NCBI RefSeq assembly: GCF_030028105.1
Contig: NW_027274690.1
Location: 1-64,000 of the forward strand
Direction: 5' to 3'
From: Mobula birostris
Taxonomy: Eukaryota
DNA length: 64,000 nucleotides
Below, piece by piece: positions 58,595 to 64,000 of this stretch; within the stretch, counting starts at the first letter, position 1; each line of letters starts with the position of its first letter. The translations under genes were made by a program, and so were the position numbers. The notes beneath the pieces were generated by a model that was not told the origin of the DNA, searched no databases, and worked only from the letters and a program-made list of their open reading frames with translations.

Positions 58595-60631
58595 CTAGGT
58601 CTCAGCAGCTGTGCCCATTTCGGTGAGAGCGGAGGCGCCCTCCATCACACTGTCCGGAAAGAAAACAAGGTTACTTTTTGCTTTCTGGGCTCGAGCGGTA
58701 CCAGCGACACCCTGTGACCCGCCATCCCCCATTGGAGCGAGGCTGCTTCTCCCTCTGATGTCCCTTACTAGGTCATCTAGGAAAGATTTTAGTTGTCGTC
58801 TGTCGTTCCCCGACACCGCATTCCTCTTTCCCTTTCCCTTTCGTCCGAGGATGACTCGCAGGGACCTCACCAGCCTCGGCATGCTGGGCCAGCGTAGCGA
58901 GGCTAGTTGACGCCGGTGCTTGGCACCCTCAGAGGTGAGAATAAAGTGCTTAATTTCCTCTACAGGTATCAATGGGGACTTCTCAGGAGGGGGCGAGGAT
59001 ATCCATTATTTCACTATCGAAAGAGTCCCCCTCCAACCCGTCACTGCAGACAGAATCCCCATCGGCCTCCCCGCATGTTCCAATAGATGGCTGCGCTTGT
59101 GACCCATACCGCGCAGCGGGCACCTCGCTCTCACCTGCCCGCTCCACCGTCGCATCAGCCTCATCCACATTTGCGACAGTGGAGGGACAATCTCCAGGGA
59201 CTCCCTGCAAGTCATTAATTGCTGGGGTCGACGTGCACAGAAAATCGCCCTCCCCAGGGGGCAGGCATAGAGGGGAACCCGGCACCTTTGGTCCAAGGGA
59301 TTCACAAGCAGCCTGGTGCTGAGAATGAGAGAGCTTTGTCTCGTCTCCTCTTACACTATTGGGTACACTGGCCTCCAGAGAGGCGCTGACTTGTAGGTCC
59401 TGGGTGGAGGCCTCCAGGGCTGCCTCATTTGTGCAAACAGGGCTATCACAAGCTTTTTGCACAACCACACCATCTTCCCCAGGACTGGTGGCTACATCTG
59501 GGGACTCAGGTTTCGAACCAACCCCTACCCGGATTCCCACCCCTTCCTGGGACTCCCCCGCATCTACATCCCCTGCCCTCTTGCGGGAACGTTCCCTTCT
59601 CCTCTTCACGCCGGAGGAGCACACAGGTGCAGGCTTCACCGATGGGGCGGCGCTCTCTGTTTCCATCGCCCTGTCTGCTTGCGCACCTCCCCGAGCCTCG
59701 CGCTCCACTTCAGGCGAAATGGGCGTGAGCTCTGCAGCCTCAAAGGCCCGCTTCTTACTGTGTTTGGATTTCCCCTTTGCCTTCTTACTCCGCACAGACT
59801 CCACCCCGTCCCCCACCTGAACCATAGGGAGAGGAGCAGGGACCGACCCAACCGTAGGAGTAGGGGCAGGGTGAGGGGCTGGGGCAGGATCACGGGCGGG
59901 GGCAGGGTCAGATGCAGGCGCAGACGCACGCGCAGGAGTAGGATCGGGGCAGAGGTAGCTGGGGCACTGGTGCCCGAAGTGGGCTCCCTCGGGTTCCGGG
60001 CGGCAGGACAGTCCCTCCGAAAGTGCCCCACCCCCCTGCACGCATGGCACCGTGGGCGCTCGGAGCTCCAGTATACCTGATAATCCACTCTCTTGTGCCG
60101 GACAGTAAACCGGCCCTCAACATCGTCCTCCCTTTCCAGCTGCATGAATACCTGACGCCGGAAAGAGATTACGGTGCGGAGGGTGCGTCTCTTAAATTTG
60201 TGTCGGATGGCAGTGATCTCCGACCTTACTTGCCCTAAACGGGCCAGTGGGGGAAGCAAGTCCTCATTTGGAATGAAAGGCTTAACATGCCCAAGCACGA
60301 TACGTTGTGTGGGGGCCGTCACCAGCTCCATAGGTAAAAAGATGTTGTCTACCGTGACTCCCCTGCTTAGGGCCCGGTGCACTAGCTCTTCATTCACCAG
60401 GTAGAACACTGCCTTTCCGAACTCCTTCTCGGTGGCCAGAATACCACCTTTCCCCACAAGGTCCTCCATTGCCTCCACACACTTTTCTAGTGTCATTCCA
60501 GGGCGCAAAATACATTGCACCCCACGTTCCACCTTCACCGACCGAAACAGGGCGTTGTCCGAGGCCGGGGAGGCAGCCGCCCTTGCGTAACTCCCCGAAG
60601 GCACGCGACTCCCTGGAGACCGGTCCGGCAT
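58595..60631 (-). pseudogene. Tx1 ORF1 (Gag-like, CHACRGVGHFRRDC knuckle), frameshifted
   Basis: Split over ORFs 59636-60631, 58983-60050 and 58595-58972 in different frames. Confidence 0.8.
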
Positions 60632-61141
60632 GCTGGCGCTCTTTCCAGTCCGAGAATCCTACAGCGGTGCCGGTTAGAAGTCCTGGAACGAGTCGAATAC
60701 CTGGCCGGGAAAGTTTGCAGTCGACAGTTCCTCGCTGGCTCGGCGCCAGGAAAGGCTCCGTCGGACTTGCAGAGACCCAGGCCGGGAGAGGCCGAAACGT
60801 CCTTCCAGATGCTCCGGCACCAACACCGGACGAAAATCAGGAAAACAATGGAGGAGGAACGTTGCCCCGATGTCAATGGGGGAACGACGGCGTTTGCCTC
60901 CGGTTTTGGAGCGAACCGGCTTCCTGGTGAGTTGCCAGCAGCCGCAGCTGGGAGCTACGCAGTTAGCAGCCGCCGACAAACCCAGCCCAAACCGGCAGTA
61001 AAACTGCACACCGAGTTTCCACACCAGCACCGTCACTCACTCGGTTGTCCAAGAGACTTTTAGAGCCACCTCCAAAGTATTCCACGAACTTTATCCAGTA
61101 GTTTTGCCTCGATTTCTCCCAGCTCAGTCAGCACAGGTCCT

Positions 61142-64000
61142 CTCTGTGTCTGACCCCGGGAGTGTGTGATGGGACGGTGTGGAGGGAGTTTCACTCTGCG
61201 TCTGACCCAGGAGTCTGTGATGGGACGGTGTGGAGGGAGATTCTCTGTTTCTGACTATGGGAGTGTGTGATGGGACGGTGTGGAGGAAGATTCACTCTGT
61301 GTCTGACCCCGGGAGTGTGTGATGGGACGGTGTGGAGGGAGATTCACTATGTGTCTGACCCCGGGAGTGTGCGATGGGACGGTGTGGACGGAGCTTAACT
61401 CTATGTCTGACCCCGGGAGTGTGCGATGGGACGGTGTGGACGGAGCTTCACTCTGTGTCTGACCCCGGGAGTGTGTGATGGGACGGTGTGGAGGGAGCTT
61501 CACTCTGTGTCTGACCCCGGGAGTGTGTGATGGGACGATGTGGAGTGTGTTTCACTCTGTGTCTGACCCTGGGAGTGTGTGATGTGAAGGTGTGGAGGGA
61601 GTTTCTCTCCTGTGTCTGACCCCGGGAGTGTGTGATGGGACTTTGTGGAGGGAGTTTCACTCTGTCCCTGACCCCGGGAGTGTATGATGGGACGGTATGG
61701 AGGGAGATTCACTCTGTGTCTGACCCCGGGAGTGTGTAATGGGACTTTGTGGAGGGAGTTTCACTCTGTCCCTGACCCCGGGAGTGTGTGATGGGACGGT
61801 GTGAAGGGAGCTTCACTCTTGTGTCTGACCCCGGGAGTGTGTTATTGGACGGTGTGGAGGGAGATTCACTCTGTGTCTGACCCCGGGAGTTTGTGATGGG
61901 ACGGTGTGGAGGGAGCCTCACTCTGTGTCTGACGCTGGGAGTGTGTGATGGGACGGTGTGAAGGGAGCTTCACTCTGTGTCTGACGCCGGGAGTCTGTGA
62001 TGGGACGGTGCGGAGGACGTTTCACTCTGTGTCTGACCCCGGAAGTGTGTGATGGGACGGTGTGAAGGGAGCTTCACTCTGTGTCTGACCCCGGGAGTGT
62101 GTGATGGGACGGTGTGGAGGGAGATTCACTCTGTGTCTGCCCCCGGGAGTGTGTGATGGGACGGTGTGGAGGGAGATTCACTATGTGTCTGACCCCGGGA
62201 GTGTGCGATGGGACGGTGTGGACGGAGCTTCACTCTGTGTCTGACCCCGGGAGTGTGTGATGGGACGGTGTGGAGGGAGATTCACTCTGTGTCTGCCCCC
62301 GGGAGCGTGTGATGGGACGGTGTGGAGGGAGCTTCACTCTGTGTCTGACCCCGGGAGTGTGTGATGGGACGGTGTGGAGGGAGTTTCACTCTGTGTGTCT
62401 GACCCCGGGAGTGTGTGATGGGACGGCGTGGAGTGAGATTCACTCTGTGTCTGAACCCGGGAGTGTGTGATGGGACGGTGTGGAGGGAGATTCACTCTGT
62501 TTCTGACCCCGGGAGTGTGTGATGGGACGGTGTGGAGGGAGTTTCACTCTGTGTGTCTGACCCCGGGAGTGTGTGATGGGACGGCGTGGAGGGAGATTCA
62601 CTCTGTGCCTGACCCCGGGAGTGTGTGATTGGACGGTGTGGAGGGAGATTCACTCTGTGTCTGACCCCGGAAGTGTGTGATGGGACGGTGTGGATGGAGC
62701 TTCACTCTGTGTCTGAGCCCGGGAGTGTGTGATGGGACGGCGTGGAGGGAGATTCACTCTGTGTCTGACCCAGGGAGTGTGTAATGGGACGGTGTGGAGG
62801 GAGATTCACTCTGTGTCTGAGCCCGGGAGTGTGTAATGGGACGGTGTGGAGGGAGATTCACTCTGTGTCTGACCCCGGGAGTGTGTGATGGGACGGTATG
62901 GAGGGAGATTCACTCTGTGTCTGACCCCGGGAGTGTGTGCTGGGACGGTATGGAGGGAGATTCACTCTGTGTCTGACCCCGGGAGTGTGTGATGGGACGG
63001 TATGGAGGGAGATTCACTCTGTGTCTGCCCCCGGGAGTTTTTGATGGGACGGTGTGGAGGGAGATTCACTCTGTGCCTGAAGCCGGGAGTGTGTGATGGG
63101 ACGGTGTGGAGGGAGTTTCACTCTGTGTCTGACCCCGGGAGTGTGTGATGGGACGGTGTGGAGGGAGCTTCACTCTGTGTCTGGCCCCGGGAGTGTGTGA
63201 TGGGACGGTGTGAAGGGAGCTTCACTCTTGTGTCTGACCCCGGGAGTGTGTTATTGGACGGTGTGGAGGGAGATTCACTCTGTGTCTGACCCCGGGAGTT
63301 TGTGATGGGACGGTGTGGAGGGAGCTTCACTCTGTGTCTGACGCCGGGAGTGTGTGATGGGACGGTGTGAAGGGAGCTTCACTCTGTGTCTGACGCCGGG
63401 AGTCTGTGATGGGACGGTGCGGAGGGCGTTTCACTCTGTGTCTGACCCCGGAAGTGTGTGATGGGACGGTGTGAAGGGAGCTTCACTCTGTGTCTGACCC
63501 CGGGAGTGTGTGATGGGACGGTGTGGAGGGAGATTCACTCTGTGTCTGACCCCCCAAGTGTGTGATGGGACGGTGTGAAGGGAGCTTCACTCTGTGTCTG
63601 ACCCCGGGAGTGTGTGATGGGACGGTGTGGAGGGAGATTCACTCTGTGTCTGCCCCCGGGAGCGTGTGATGGGACGGTGTGGAGGGAGCTTCACTCTGTG
63701 TCTGACCCCGGGAGTGTGTGATGGGACGGTGCTGAGGGAGTTTCACTCTGTGTCTGACCCCGGGAGTGTGTGATGGGACGGTGTGAAGGGAGCTTCACTC
63801 TGTGTCTGACCCTGGGAGTGTGTGATGGGACGGTGTGGAGGGAGTTTCACTCTGTGTGTCTGACCCCGGGAGTGTGTGATGGGACGGCGTGGAGGGAGAT
63901 TCACTCTGTGTCTGAACCTGGGAGTGTGTGATGGGACGGTGTGGAGGGAGATTCACTCTGTTTCTGACCCCGGGAGTGTGTGATGGGACGGTGTGGAGGG
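61142..64000. repeat. 52-bp satellite, MAZ intron 4, right of the Tx1 element, running off the window
   Basis: Same unit, more than 50 copies. Confidence 0.96.

Larger units (their letters stand above)
54782..61141 (-). mobile_element. Full-length Tx1-like (L1 clade) non-LTR retrotransposon
   Basis: About 510 nt 5' UTR, ORF1 with CCHC knuckle, ORF2 APE-RT-Zn, AATAAA (54802-54807), poly(A) tail (54782-54792), 16-bp TSD ctctgtgtctgacccc (54766-54781 and 61142-61157). Confidence 0.93.

Noticed and set aside
50048-64000. CRISPR-like regular repeats (52-bp; also the 49-bp and 95-bp arrays)
   Set aside because: Head-to-tail units without unique spacers, no cas genes, vertebrate context.

Overview
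Vertebrate genomic DNA, GC-rich and repeat-dense. The CR1/L2 LINE and satellite content suggests a cartilaginous fish, probably a ray (inference). Three spliced genes can be reconstructed by hand. (1) A 3-exon, 131-aa protein with one transmembrane segment and a cysteine-rich tail on + (1444-6983). (2) A TAOK2-like STE20 kinase on - (40524 to 17917, 12 coding exons, about 1034 aa). It has an intact kinase domain and the TAOK2-alpha membrane tail but no visible coiled-coil exons. (3) MAZ on + (from 51188, four exons, continuing past the window), head-to-head with TAOK2. MAZ intron 4 holds a full-length, about 6.36 kb Tx1/L1-clade retrotransposon inserted into a 52-bp satellite at a CCCC^GGG site with a 16-bp target-site duplication. 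All three genes carry short duplicated copies of exon 3' ends and splice donors. The remainder is CR1/L2 fragments, DNA-transposon relics, minisatellites (30, 45, 49, 52, about 76 and 95 bp units) and a 183-N gap. Most long ORFs in the track are repeat artefacts.
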